From positions 65,350,001 to 65,414,000 of the forward strand of contig NC_087437.1 of NCBI RefSeq assembly GCF_036321535.1: DNA of 64,000 nt. Direction: 5' to 3'. Under the pieces are notes generated by a model. The model did not search any database. It worked only from the letters and a program-made list of their open reading frames with translations, and had not been told where the DNA came from. Source of the stretch: Camelus dromedarius (taxonomy: Eukaryota). Within the stretch, counting starts at the first letter, position 1. Each line of letters opens with the position of its first letter. Positions 24,219 through 37,668 of this stretch are shown one piece after another. The translations under genes were made by a program, and so were the position numbers.

Positions 24219-25568
24219 CCCTACATAAATGTATACAGGTCAGCTGTATCTCCGTTCCTCATCGAAGTTTCTTCCATTGCACTCTGGCTCCTGTGTCCTG
24301 CTCTACCCCAGCCCTCTTGTACCAAATTGGTACTTCTTTCCTAAGTCACACCCTACTTACTCTGCATTTTGTCCTTTCAGGGCTAGTTGTCTGCAAATAT
24401 ATACAACAAATTTCTACAACTATGCTCCCTGGAATGGTGCAATCCAAATACACGACTTACTGGCAAGTACTTCTAGCACCTGGAGCAGTGTGTATGTGAA
24501 ACAGTAACTGGTCAGAAGTGGGATTCTGGCCTCAGAGGACAGAGGTGAAGAAGCTGTGCAGGCTACTATGTTTCTCCTGATGCAGAGAGCAAGGCCTGTC
24601 AGGAACGTCTGACTCCTTTTGGCATTGCCCTTTTTGAACAAAAGTGGTCAAGTTACAATGTCTTCCCACAGGGCTAGGCTGTAATCCCACAGATATACCC
24701 CTGGGTTGTCCCGAAGATCCTAAACCAAGGAGAGGACTTTTATTCTATGTCTGCTTCATTTTCCCCTTCTGCCAACATTTAAAAACCAAGTATCTCAAAG
24801 AACTAATCTTAATCTTCTTTAACCAACCTTGGGCATAATATTTATTTTCCTTTTCCTTTCTCAAATCGATGGTGATCCCTTAATGAAGATAACAGATAGA
24901 TGATACTTTTAAAATTGAACACACGGTTCACATTAAAAGGGACTTCTTTTACAATCCCTTAAGAACTTTGAGGAATGGAGAGCTGGATTCTGATTTATTG
25001 AGAATCGTTTAAGAGCTATATGAAAGATTTGAAAAATTAGCTCTATGACTGAATTATCAGAAAACATCTCAGTCAGTTCTGTCACCATGTTTCCAAAGTT
25101 AGTCCGACAATGACCTTGATGATGATGGGGGCACTATGTCTGGGTCTTGGTGAAATGTAGGAAGCAGAATCAGTAGTACTGCTTTTGTAGGGGATTAAAA
25201 TGAATGATAAATCATCCTCCCTCCAAAAGATTTCTTGGTAAGGATTATTGCTCATATTATTAGAACCAGGGAAACAAATACTTCTAGCTTCTCACTGATG
25301 AAAGAAGGCAAAGGCCCATTTTCTCCTGGGACACTAAGAAGGGTTCATCTCTTTAAGGGGTCATAAGGAGATAAGGTAAACTTGTACAGGCTGTGGTTTG
25401 CAAGCTTTATCGTCTGATGCCACATTAACATGTAATTTTGATGACAACTAAGGCTCAGAGTCATTTTCTCTGTCATTGTCCAAGTTAGGAGTGCAGAGGC
25501 AAGACATTTAAATAGTACAGAAGAGAGATGTAAAAAATTACATGGATCAACAGTACTCATTTTCCAAA

Positions 25569-25616
25569 GATGATGATGATAAGATGGTGGTGGTGGTGGT
25601 GGTGGTGGTGGTGGTG
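25569..25616. repeat. Compound (GAT)4 ... (GGT)10 trinucleotide repeat
   Basis: Directly visible; lies in the putative STXBP5L 3' UTR. Confidence 0.95.
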
Positions 25617-26198
25617 TGTATGAGTGTTTGTGTGTCTGCTAAAGTCAGTGCAACAGAACGGAAATATTCAAAGAGAAAAATCACATCCACATTAGATTCT
25701 TGTTATTGCTATCTCCTTGAATTATAAAAATAATTTTCATACAGTAAAACCTCATTAATTTGTATTCCACTAATCAGGAGTTTGTGGGATGAAGCTACCC
25801 TTACCTTATGAAAGGGTTTATAAAAACAATATTGAAAGACATATTTAAACTACTTAAAAGAACCTATTCTTTCCAAGCATTTCAGAAGCACCTGTTTACT
25901 TCCAGTTGATGTGCTAATTATACATTTTTAATCTATTCATTAAAGCCAGAGTTTTAAGCACTTCTGTGAAATGCTACCTTATCCTTTTTGGTATTTTTCC
26001 TGTATGCTTTAAAGTATTCTAGGAGTTGTTATTTTTCACTGATTTCATGTAAGCTTTTCTCCAAAATAGTATTTTATTGCACATGAACCATGCATGTAAT
26101 TTTGGGTACAATAATTTGTCACTGTGCACTTTTGATGTTTAATTTTATACAGGACATATCACATATTCAAACTTAGTCTCTCTTCAAATGATATGGAA

Positions 26199-26325
26199 CA
26201 GTGGCTTTCAACCAGGAGCAATTTTGGCAATGGCTGGAGACAGTTTTGATTGTCATTACTGGGGTGGGCGGAGTGGGGGAGGGTGGTTGCTGTTTACATC
26301 CACTGTATAGAGGCCAGGGATGTTA
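26199..26325. mobile_element. MER20-like hAT-Charlie fragment
   Basis: cagtggctttcaacc...tttggcaatggctggagacagttttgattgtca...tagaggccagggatg. Confidence 0.7.
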
Positions 26326-28515
26326 AAGCGAATTTTATTGGGGCTTTAGAGATATTTACTGAATTTGATGCCACTTTGGGCTGAATTTCATTGTTCCTAA
26401 AATAAATTATTATACTCTTTGAGTTTTTAAAAAAAATTTTTTAATATAGAAAAGTATCTGTTCAGAAAATCAGAAAACTGGGTTCTTGAAACTGATGGTA
26501 CAAATAGTGCACTGCAGTTTGGCTACCAGTGTTTTCTAAATCCTGGTCTCAAGTTTAATATTTTACTGTATAATTTAATATATCATATTTGTATTTCCAA
26601 GTCAGGTTCTTTTACCCTAAGGCTGTTCACAGGAGTCTGGAGAGATTTGTGGAGAGGCTTTTTTTGAGAAATCAAGAGAATTCAAGGACTCTGAGAAATG
26701 CTTTCCTGGTATATATTTTCCGACTGTTTCCATCATCTCTTCCTAAAGATTAATTTGCTCATCTCAAAATTACTGAGAACATTTAAAGTTATGTTCAAAC
26801 AGTTTCACTAAAACAATTTCACTAAAAATAAAAAAACTGAAAAAAAACAAGCAGAAATACTATTTTTGGCTATTAAAATAACCTGGATTTCAGGAAAATG
26901 GTAAATTCTTAGAAACACAAATGCAAATCTGGTAAGACCTTGAATAATAAAAATTCAATAAGCCAAACCCATTAATTTTCTTAAAAAGGTTTCTTTTTGA
27001 AGGAAAGATATATATTATAGGATGGGTCCCAGAATCTGCTTATATTTATTTCCTATGACTTGACTTCCAGAATCATATTAAATAATGATACTAGTGTCTT
27101 TATTTTGTTTGCCTCTACTAGTTCTCTGTTGTCTTTTTGTAGATACCTTTTATCATGTTAAAATTCTTTATTATATTTTTAAAAGAACTGTTAATACGGA
27201 ATAGGTGTTTGGCGTCTGTTGACATAATCCTGTGGCTGATGTTACTTAGCCTAATGAGTGACAAAATGACTGATTTTGTATCATTAAGCTCTCTACGTAT
27301 TTCTGTTGTCCATAATGGTGACTAAAGCCCAGACAGTAAAAACACCATATTTTGTAAGATTTTCAATAATAAGTATTGAACCAAAAGTATTTTCTAATGA
27401 AAGCCCTTGTTAATCAGAAATATCAGAATCCCTTTCCTAAAACATTAACTGAGGTTTTACTGAATCAGACTGAAAAGAATGACCAGTTTGGTCTCTGAGT
27501 GTCAGGCTGCAAGAGCACCTTTGAATTGAAGACCCCACTAGGTTTAAACAGTAATATACTGTGTAATTGGCAGACAAGGATACAAATGGAGCATTAAAAA
27601 TATATCCCTTTAGAAACTGAAACCAGAGTGTGTGAAATCAGTTCTCAAAGCTAACTGCATTGTTCCTGTAGCCTAGTTTCCCCAAACCTATTGTCAGCTC
27701 CCCTGCGGAGTATAAGCCAGGCTGAAAAAATGCTTTGAGGTGACCCAACCCAGCATTGTTTGTGACTAAAAATAGCAACTTGTTCTGAAGGTGACAGAAA
27801 TGTAAATAATTGTGTTAGGAATAATTTACTGTACTGGCAGTACTTGATTATGACCAAGGACTGTGAATGATGTAAAATATTATGGAGAGACGGGAATGTT
27901 AATCAGACTTGCCATAAGAATTCAGTAATGTCCTAGTATAATGAAAGTTATAGATGAGAAGAAAACTCTGGTTTTGTTTTCTTTTTCAGATGGGTATGGC
28001 AAATGTTTTTGAAATGCACTGATATTCTTCTAATGCACATTTTTTAAATTGTCAGGTGTGGCCCAATTTATAAAAATAGTTTACCATAAATCTTTTTTTC
28101 TACTGTCACAACATGCTTTTTTTCTTTTCCTCTTAAGATGTTAATTTATCATGCAAATTTTTTTTCATTAAGTGCATTAATGCTTTTGTTTGTACAGGAT
28201 TTTTTTTTTTTTTAATATCAGAAGGACTCCCCATAGTTCCTAAATGTAAATCCTTAGCAAACGACATGCCAAGATGATAGCTCCATTCCACGTGGGAAAA
28301 GGCAAATTCAGCCATATCTTGGGATTTTAACCAGGGTTCCAGCCTTTGGGTCGAACAGTGTCTCTGATAAGTCTCCCTTATGATAACTTCAGATGGACTG
28401 TAATGGAACATTTTGTTGAAGAAACTGGCTTCTAGCAGTTGAATAGTGATGCTGGGAATAAATTTGGTTTCCCTGAATAATGGTTTCTCAAAGCAGTCAT
28501 AGCTTCTTTAGAAGT

Positions 28516-28557
28516 TTAGAATTGGTACCATTTCTTATCCTTATATTTCAGCATTAA
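28516..28557 (-). CDS. STXBP5L: Tomosyn-2 terminal coding exon
   Basis: minus: ttttctttgcag|TTAATG; LMLKYKDKKWYQF then TAA (28516-28518); characteristic tomosyn C-terminus. Confidence 0.97.
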   Translation of the reverse strand, partial: LMLKYKDKKWYQF

Positions 28558-29138
28558 CTGCAAAGAAAAAATAGTCACCATAAGATGTTAAAAAAAATCT
28601 TTAATAGTGCTAATCAAAGAGAGTTCCTGTTGAGCTAATCATGCATATCTAAATCTCAAAACTTCTAAAACTTCCCTTTTTTGTGTGAAATAAAGTGCCT
28701 ATAAAAAGATTTTTTAAAAAACCAATCCAGCTGTAAAGATTTGGCTGACAGGAAGTGATTTTTAATGATTGACACAAAAAGGAATGTGCATCCCAGCCTC
28801 TACTGCCCCTCACACCTTGCTGGGGGATCACATAATCAATCTGAGTACCTTTTCAGCAGTTAATGCACAGTATAGACCCAGTGTATCAGAATCAATGATA
28901 AGTTTCTTTTAAATCATCCCTTAAGGCTCAGAAGTATCAATGTATGACAGAATTTTTTAAAAACCTTTTTCTCCCAAATACTGGGGGAGATTTTAATACT
29001 TAGGACAAGATCCCAGTTACCTTGGCTCTCCCACAGGGTTATTTACAGTGGCATCTCTGTTTAGCTTTTCTTGTGCAGGACCTAAATATTTACAGTTACC
29101 ACTGTATGAAGGTGCCTATATTTACTCAGGCAGTTTAC

Positions 29139-29359
29139 CTCATGTGCATGTTTGGAAAATGCTTCTGCACTGGTCATCATGCCTGCAGTTTTCTCTTCCA
29201 GCTCTCCTAGTCTCTGTCCTCTCTCGTCAAGTGCGATCCTTGCACGAGTCAGCTCTCCCATCACCCCTCCAGCAGCGCCTTTCATCCCTTCTATACCACC
29301 TGGTCCAGGAATGTGCTGTGCGAGGCTGCGGGATGCTTTTCCTGCTGAAGCTTCCCCAA
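29139..29359 (-). CDS. STXBP5L: Tomosyn-2 penultimate exon (221 nt, VAMP-like R-SNARE domain)
   Basis: minus: gaattcccag|TTGGGG...CATGAG|gtaaac; (F)GEASAGKASRSLAQHIPGPGGIEGMKGAAGGVMGELTRARIALDERGQRLGELEEKTAGMMTSAEAFSKHAHE; R-SNARE zero-layer ERG. Confidence 0.97.
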
Positions 29360-29819
29360 CTGGGAATTCAAGCCATAGTGGTTTAAAACATTTTGTCAGT
29401 AATTCAAGTAATTATGGTTGTTTACCACCAAAGTACTTATATTAAATTACACTAGCATAATTCTCATGAAAAGACATATTCGTTCCTATCATAGATATGC
29501 ATTTGGAGATGTTAGCACTTAACCAAGAAAAATACCTATGAAAGAGACTGAGAGAGATTGTTACCATATGCCTTTGTGTGTGTGTGTGTCTTCCATACAA
29601 CCTGGCATAACTGCATTTCTTGATGTTGCTAAATTGGGATGCTCACAATTTTATTGTGATCTCATATTTAACCCCATATTTAACTTCATATTTAAGCCAT
29701 ATTAGGGTCCGTTCCAATCTCAAGCTTAATCATATATTTAAATTTCTGCCCAATTGGCATTCCAACCTTCCCCGTTCATCTTGCTAGCAGCCTTTGTAGG
29801 CCTCAGTTGTTTTTTAAAA

Positions 29820-29842
29820 TGTGTGTGTGTGTGTGTGTGTGT
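29820..29842. repeat. (TG)11 microsatellite
   Basis: Directly visible. Confidence 0.95.
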
Positions 29843-30059
29843 AAATACTAGAGAATGGGGTATGTGCATGATGGACATTAATATACATATGCTGAACTTT
29901 TATTACTTTATAAAAGACTAAATTTTTCCATCATTTACATAGCTCAATTTCACTTAATTTTAATGAAGTAATTTTTTAAAACTGAAAAACAGCTGTCTTG
30001 GTAAAAAATTTAGTGAGCATCCCCAAGGATGTAACATTAGGGATGGAATGTAAATCAGT

Positions 30060-30442
30060 TTTTTTTTTAATAGGAGCCTTATTGAGAGAAAATTTACATA
30101 CTATAAAATTCATCCTTTTAAAGTGTACAATTCAGTGGTTTTTAGTGTATTCCTAGAGTTGTGTAACTATCACCACTATTAAATTTTAGAACATTTTCAT
30201 CACCCCAAAAAGAAACTCTGTACACATTAACAGTTCCCCTCTAGTTCCTCCTTGCCCCAGTCCCTGGAAACTACTAATCTATTTGCTGTCTCTAGGATTT
30301 GTCTATTCTGAATGTTTCACATAAAAGGAATCATGTGGCTTTTTTGTCTTTCTTCTTTAATTTAGCGTGTTTTCAAGGTTCATCCATGTTGTAGCATGTA
30401 TCAAACTTCATTTTTATGGCTGAATAATATTCCATCATATGG
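30060..30442 (-). mobile_element. L1MB-like 3' end fragment
   Basis: aaaattcatccttttaaagtgtacaattcagtggtttttagtgtattc...ttcatcaccccaaaaagaaac. Confidence 0.8.
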
Positions 30443-30990
30443 AGGCATCTAGATCTTGTGCATAGTTAAAGCTTCAAATGAAACGGAGTTTTGATTATAA
30501 GACCAATTGGTGGGTGAGATATTCTGGAAAATATATTCTTAATTTCTCTCTAAAAGTGTTCTCTAGTATCTTTCTACTGCTTTTTGATTATTGTTCATCA
30601 GAGTCTCACTGATAGATCATTTAAACTAATTAATTCTTGCGTTCTGAAAAAAGAATCTGTTTCCAAACAGTAGTTAAAGGCAGGCAGATTCAAAAATAAT
30701 TTTTTTCAGATTTTAGTAGCCACATGAATTCACCCTGCTCTTGCAGGTATAATGCACCTGCAAATGACACTTTTATTAGCTTTTTACTCATTATTTGTAT
30801 GACTTGCATATACTGGTTTTGTTAAACTGTTTCCTCATATGAAGTGACCAGTTTTATTCATGTTTGGTAAACAGAAATAATTTTCATGGTATAGAAGCAA
30901 AACCCTAGGCTAGTATTTGAGATTACATATTACATTAAGTTACACAAACACACAGAAATAGGTCTTCTCTTTTGTGATAAGTTTACTCAC

Positions 30991-31102
30991 AGAGTTCTTC
31001 TCTGTCAAATGTTTGTCCACTTCCACCAAACAATCCTTTGAGAAAGCCTCTGTTTTGAGCTTCTGGTGTCTCTATGGGAGTAAACAAATCTCCTAGCATG
31101 TC
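30991..31102 (-). CDS. STXBP5L: Tomosyn-2 coding exon (112 nt, tail domain)
   Basis: minus: tgatatag|GACATG...GAACTCT|gtgagt; DMLGDLFTPIETPEAQNRGFLKGLFGGSGQTFDREEL; phase 0 to 1; absent from the ORF track. Confidence 0.96.
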
Positions 31103-31959
31103 CTATATCAAATGCAAAGAAAAAAGCATTAGACTAACTAAAAATAAATTAACAGATCAAAAGATAACACTGTGGCATGTTAGAGCATATCATGAAAAGG
31201 CAGTCTGCTCTCCATAGTTTTCCTGGTGATTTTTGCTTTGCTTCCAGTTCTATCTCTGGCATTTCTTTCTCCACCTCCTTCCTTTCCCTTCCCTTCTCTG
31301 GGAACTGACATCCTAAAATTTTGATTTTTCTGCCCTCTTCTCTTCTCCCTTCTACAATTAGAAAACATGGGGAGCTAATATTCACCCTAGGATTAATTTA
31401 CACCTGACCAATGACTTCCAATATTGACTTCTGATCCTTTTTCAATTACCATAGCCTCTTTCCTGTACTAGTTCCCTTTCCTGAACCAAGCATGGACTGC
31501 TTTATGAAATAGGAAGCCTTTGGTGGTATGTAGAGGAAGGTTGGATTTATTTTTATATCATGTACAAAATTATGAAATAACTCAAGAAAACTTAAATGAG
31601 TCAAAATAGGCAACCACTCCACGGTACAACCACTCTCAATATTCAATGTGATGTAGAATGACTGGAGAAATATCTTGTTAGAAATACAGATGCTCACATG
31701 TTATTCCACATACTAAATTAGCATCTACATATATGTGCTCTGGTTATCTGTATTTTTAACTTGCTTTTACTTTTTCTAACTTTTAACTTGCTGTAAAAAA
31801 AGCTTTAACTTGTTTTAGTCTTTCTAAAGCAGACCAGAATTTGAGAATGATTGATTTAGAGGAAGTAACTTCAGTTCAACCCAAAGTCGGGAGATCTGTG
31901 ACCTAATACAAGTTTATCTGTGAACTTGCAGCATGACTCTTTTCATCACCTGCCCCTCA

Positions 31960-32796
31960 CCTCCACTCCCGAGACCTGTGCTCCTCCTCCTGAGTCCCTT
32001 CTCTTTGAAAACAGCTGCACCATCTACTTAGTTCTCCAACCCAGAAACATAGGAATAATTATTAATCCTTTTCCTTCCCTCACTTCTACATCTAGTAACT
32101 CTCCAATCCAAATGATTACACTTTACAGCCATTGAATCTGCTAACTTTTCTCTATCCTCAATGTTGGCTGCTCAAGCCACTATTATTCTTGGCGTTAATT
32201 ATTTTTAAAAGGCTCCGAATTGTTCTCCTTACCTTTAGTCTTAATTCCTCAAAATCAATTGCCATACTGCAACAAGAATATTAGTTTTAATAGGCAAATT
32301 TGCTAAACCTTTTTACTGACTTCCTATTACCCTGGGGTTAAGTGCCAGATTCCTTAAGGAGCTCACAAGGTGCTCCAAGATCTAGTCTTGACTAATACTC
32401 CAGCACCATCCCTTCATTCTGTTGACTTCCTGACTCTGCACTTTGTTGGTGGTTTCCTGAACCCTGTGGCTTCCTCATGCCACTGTTTTGTCAAGAATAT
32501 TATTATCTTTTCCATCTCCAGCCATACATTCCCATGGATAACTCCAAGCCATCTTTCATAATTCTTTTCTCATTACCCCTTCCCTTTTGTTCCATTAACC
32601 CAGGTGCCCCTCTTACATGTCTCCCCAGCACTGGCACAACCGTACATAGACAGCATTTTCCAGAGTATTGTGGTTGTCTGTTTACTTATCTCTCCCTCCA
32701 CACTAGCAGGAAGGGACTTGTATCTTGTTTATTATTGTGTTCTGAGAGCCCAACCAGGTACCAGGCATATAGTAAAAACTCAGTATTTGTTGAATA
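31960..32796 (+). mobile_element. LINE-2 3' fragment
   Basis: Ends ccaggcatatagtaaaaactcagtatttgttgaata (L2 3' terminus); pyrimidine-rich L2 body. Confidence 0.65.
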
Positions 32797-33594
32797 ACAT
32801 TATTTTTAAAACTTAATGTGTTCCAGGCACTGTGAGGGCTTTATATGAATTTTTATTTAATTCTCACAGCAACGCTCCAGGTAGAACACACAGGTAGATT
32901 AAATAAAATGCCCAAAGTTACACAAGTAGGCAAAATACAACTTAAATAGCTCAGAGTTTATATGCTAAACCGCTATATTATAAGGAATGGATTTTGGTTT
33001 TCTCATTTGTGAAATAAGGATGTTGAACCAACTAAATCCCTAAGATGCTCTTAAAATTTTGTGACCACATTTACTTATCCAACGTTAGATAGGCTTTTAT
33101 ATATATGTTATGTTCCTAGACTCTGCTTACCACTAGGATCAAAGACAAATGCCCAATTCTAACCTACAGGACATATATTTATTTTGTATGACTCTTAATC
33201 ACAATTAGGATTAAAAAAAAAAAAAGGCCATGAACTTCCTGAATTGTATGCAAAAATGTTGTGTCTACATACATATTCCCAACCCTGGAGGAAGATTTTT
33301 ATAATCTTTCAGAGGATTCTCCATAGGCAAGAAAAAAAAATTAAAAAAACCAAAACAGTTAACTATTGATATATATGACATTCACATTCCTCCCCCCATG
33401 CCACTTTTCTTATTTTTTTCTGTGTATACCTAGAACCACACTAGAAGTTGGTCACAATGATGAACATATATTCAAAATATTCTAGGTTAGGCATATTTAT
33501 TGTCTGGCCCAATAATATTTTAGCTTTTAGACATCCTTCATTGTCTCTTTTTACAACCATGTCCTGTGTTTATTCATAAATGTGCCTGACCTAC

Positions 33595-33760
33595 CTGTAG
33601 ATTATCACACATCTCTTGGCTGTATGTTAACCGCTGAATTTCAGTAGGAGAGACAAGGTATAATGCCTGTCCTTCATTGGTAAAACAGAACGTCCGTGCT
33701 ATCCTCATGTCTGTCAGTGGCAAATAATTAACATCCAACATTGGGCGAAGACTAGGTAGG
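33595..33760 (-). CDS. STXBP5L: Tomosyn-2 coding exon (166 nt)
   Basis: minus: ttttttccattcag|CCTACC...CTACAG|gtaggt; (S)LPSLRPMLDVNYLPLTDMRIARTFCFTNEGQALYLVSPTEIQRLTYSQEMCDNLQ; phase 2 to 0. Confidence 0.96.
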
Positions 33761-34750
33761 CTGAATGGAAAAAAGCAAATCCACATTTCATATTTAAGTT
33801 GTTAGCTTTTAATTTCTCTGTATAAACTTTATAGATTCTTACATAAAATAGTAATTTTTACACCACTATTTTATGGTTGTTTCTTTTTATCCTCTTAAAG
33901 TCTCAATGGTGGTAAACTAGACTTCCACTGAAAATCATATTCAAGTGTCCTTGAAGGATGAATTCAATGCGGTGGCCACCAATTTCAGAATACTTTTTGC
34001 ATCATTTCACAGGTTTTCCTACAGTATGGTTATAATCTTTGGCAGAAACACCACAGCTAGAAAGTGGCCGACTGCATACTTGGCCCAGTGTCTCTTTTTA
34101 AGGCAGAACTCCTGGGTTTCTCCTATTGCTATCACTCCTGTTGCTTTTTAAACTCATTTTTCATTTCTCAAGAAATCGCCCTCATAAATGTAGATGTAGC
34201 CCATGTTCATTTAAATAGAAGTTAATTTTCAGGTACACCATTTAAAGAAATGAAACATACTACAATTTTACAAAAATAGGGTAAGTAATCACTATCAAGC
34301 TAAAAACTCAATTGTGCCACAACATTTTAATGTCTTTTAATTTAAAAGAAAAAATTTTAAAAGAAAAATTCTCAGTGACTAAATGAGCTTAGGGGAGGTA
34401 CACATTTATTTTTCCCTCTTAAACTAAGGCATGTCTAGGAGTTAGGTCATTATTTTCAAACAAGACTGGAATGGCCTTCAGAAATCTCTAAAAAGAGTTT
34501 GAGAATGAGAAACCAGGTAAAAACAGAACAAGAAATACGTAAGAGAATGAGCAGGCCATAAATGCCTGATTTTATTTTTTAAAAACTTTCTCCTTTACTA
34601 ACTACTTCTTGGCTTACAAATCTACTTATATCTCCCCTACTAAAGAAAATAACAGTAAAAACACTCTCAAAAATCTAGTTTCACTCTTGAACTACTTTCC
34701 TGTCTTTCCTCTCTCATTTTACCAAAATTTCCCAAAAGAATACTCTATCT

Positions 34751-34860
34751 CAGGGGCTGGCATACTTTATTTAAAGGGCCAAATAGTGAATATTTTAGGC
34801 TTTGTAGGCCATACGTTCTTCAGTACAACTACTCGACTGCCCTGCTGTGCACGAGCCCCC
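34751..34860. mobile_element. MER58-like hAT fragment
   Basis: caggggctggca...taaagggccaaatagtgaatattttaggctttgtaggccata. Confidence 0.7.
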
Positions 34861-35317
34861 TACGGGCAATAAGGATAAAATTTAATTCTGTATGGAAAAT
34901 TCTTGTGTGGACTATGAAACGTAGTAAAATTAACAGTTTATTTCTTTTTCTTGTAGTTTATTTATCTTTATATTTCCTGTGCCTAGTATAGGATCTGGGA
35001 GACAACATGCTCAATAAATGTTGAATGAATGTGTGAATGACTGGAGAATCACTCTTTTCCTTAGATACCCTGATGTCAATCAACATATATATTTCATTCA
35101 CAATGCTAAGCATTTTTAGCAAAAAAATTTTAAAAACCCATAAAATAAAAAATCCAAACTCTCCTCCAATTGTTGAGCAATAAAATAATTCATACAGTAA
35201 AACAATGATCTCTATTTGCTTCTTAATAACATCTTGCACGTTACACATATACTTTTCATAACTGTACCTTGTTTGCACTGTTGTGATTACCAGATAATTT
35301 GTAAAGAAGGCAAGTAC

Positions 35318-35678
35318 CTCATTATCATGATATGCCCATTGGCACAAAAGCATGCCAAGCAGGCACTGTTACACATGACCACCACATCTGCTTGCAGTAT
35401 AAAAGATGTCTCGGTGATGTTATGAACATAGAGGCAAGTCTGGGAAGGCAGCGAGAAGACTTTGGCTTGTTTTTCTGAGCAGATTATTGTATACTGATGA
35501 TCTCCTATTTCTTGGGATGGAGAGGGGCAGTTCATGACCAGTTTCCTTCTCCAGGATTTCTCATTTTCATCAATGTTGTTTGGATCCCTCCAAACTTCAT
35601 ATGGCGGTTGCATTAATCCTCCAGTTCGGTCCATACAGGATAATGTTAGGACAGCTCCTTTCAATGATAGGAATGTAC
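35318..35678 (-). CDS. STXBP5L: Tomosyn-2 coding exon (361 nt, Lgl-C/second propeller region)
   Basis: minus: gtttttatag|GTACAT...ATAATGAG|gtactt; (G)TFLSLKGAVLTLSCMDRTGGLMQPPYEVWRDPNN...CSEKQAKVFSLPSQ...CANGHIMIM; phase 1 to 2. Confidence 0.96.
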
Positions 35679-37668
35679 CTATAAAAACAATTTCATATCA
35701 CTGGCACATGAAATTCTTTCTAAAACGGCTGTTATTCATCTATGGGTGATGTTTTATGTTATGATAATTTATATCTATAGTGTTATAATATTGCAGTATT
35801 ATACATAAATCAGTAGATTTGTGAGTTCACCAGTTGCAGTAACTTGGAATCATAGAAGGTAAGGTCTAAAAGGAGTTGAAGACAACAACTTGTCAAATCT
35901 TCTCATTATATTAATCAGAAAACCTCTGAAAAGCCAGAAAGATGATGTGACCTCGACTTTCCTGATTCTTAATCCAGTATTCTTTCATTATACTATATAG
36001 TCTTCCTTAAATCCTTTCTTAAAAAGCAATTTATAAATGTGTAATTTATTGAATAACTTCAGCTGAAAAATAATGCCATCTGATTCTTTATTTTAGAGAT
36101 TCATTCACTAGAAAGTGATAATTTCTTCTTTTGAAAATGAACACTCAGAATATTTCATGAAATTTCAACATAGAGAGTTCATGCTAGCAATTTTCACTGT
36201 ATTAGCAAAACCCAAACTACCTTTGGTGCTTAGGCAGGCTTGTGCCTCTTTACCCAGAAAAATGGTTTACTCACTCTCCAAGGTTGAATATCCATGCCAG
36301 GTTATTACCAGTCCCAGAGGATAGGACACTGTAAAGCTTAGGAAGTAACTGGGATAGATTGACTTTGGACATTTCCAGACTCTCCCTAAGCAGTGCTCTA
36401 GCAGCCTTTTCTTTCCTTTGTCCTTTGACATCATGTAGAGAGAGTTAGGGGGTTATTCCAGGCTGATATGTCTCAAGAGTGTACATGTGTCAAATACTTG
36501 GGGAGGATGTTATAAAAATACATTGCATTTAGAAAGTACTTTGTCTATAGTTTAAAGTATTTAAAATTTATAAAATTCAAAATAACATATTTAGATGATT
36601 TAACATCTCAGCTGTGTTTTTAAGTCCACTTTAAAACTAAGAAGCCTGTAAATGCCTTACAAAGAAGAGTAGCTGATGAGGACAGGAGAGCAGGGGTTTA
36701 GGCACTTTAGGCTGAGGGTCAAGGTATAAAAGAACAGCTGTCCCAACCTCCCAAGAAGAAAAAAAAACAACGCCAAGAGCTATGACAAATGATTTAATTA
36801 GAATTCATCTAGAAATGATCCTTCTAAAACCCTCCATATTTCCATAAATATGTGCCATGGAAAAAAATTTTTAAGTGTAGATATCTTTGCATCCTCAATT
36901 TAGAGATAGCCTAAAGTAGGTTAAAAAGACAAGAAATCTATATTTTGGAAGTCATTTTACTTATGCCTGATGCTTACCAACTGTCAGCATCAAAATTACT
37001 GTTTCTCAATCAGTTGCCTTGCCCAAACAGCTGCTCTGTTCCCTAATGTGTGGTTTAAAAAAAAAAAAAAAAAGACTTTGATTATATGCTGTTCATTAGC
37101 TTTATTCAGGGTTTAAGTTTTCTCAACAATGTATTATTAATCTTATGACTCTGTCTTTAAGCTTTTCTAACTTAAAAAGCTTAAGCAAGTCCAAATTACA
37201 AGCTGCTACAATTTTGGATTTAGATATTACAAAGTAGCTTAAATTTAAAGGCTTGTATAATAAGATCTTAACAATTCAGTCTACAGTAAATAATTCACTA
37301 CACAATTAATGAGGATTTTCCTCTTGAAAGAGGTCTCCCTGGCTAGAAGTGAACCTTACTCTGGCTTTCCAAATTATCAGCCTGCCATGCTACAACCTTC
37401 ATTTGATCAACAAGTATTTATTGAGGGTTTACTGTATGTTCTAGGCTTTGTTTTAGGCACAGGGAAATAAAATAGTAAATGAAACAGATAAAACTCCTAC
37501 CTTCACAGAACTTACTTTCTATGATAGAGACAGACAATATATATGATAAGTATATATCTATGAGATATTAGATAGCAATAAGTACCAAGGGAAAGGAAAA
37601 AATAAAGCAGAAAAGAGGAAAGAAACTCTTGGAAAAGGGTGTGATTAAATTTTAAATAGAATAGAAGG

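Larger units (their letters stand above)
22250..28515 (-). other. STXBP5L: Putative long STXBP5L 3' UTR (about 5.5-6 kb; distal end uncertain)
   Basis: Long, TE-poor unique stretch after the stop; candidate minus-strand AATAAA hexamers at 26073-26078, 23080-23085 and 22253-22258. Confidence 0.55.

Noticed and set aside
29048..29445. Plus-strand ORFs of 112 and 97 aa
   Set aside because: Antisense shadows of the GC-richer STXBP5L R-SNARE exon; no independent evidence.
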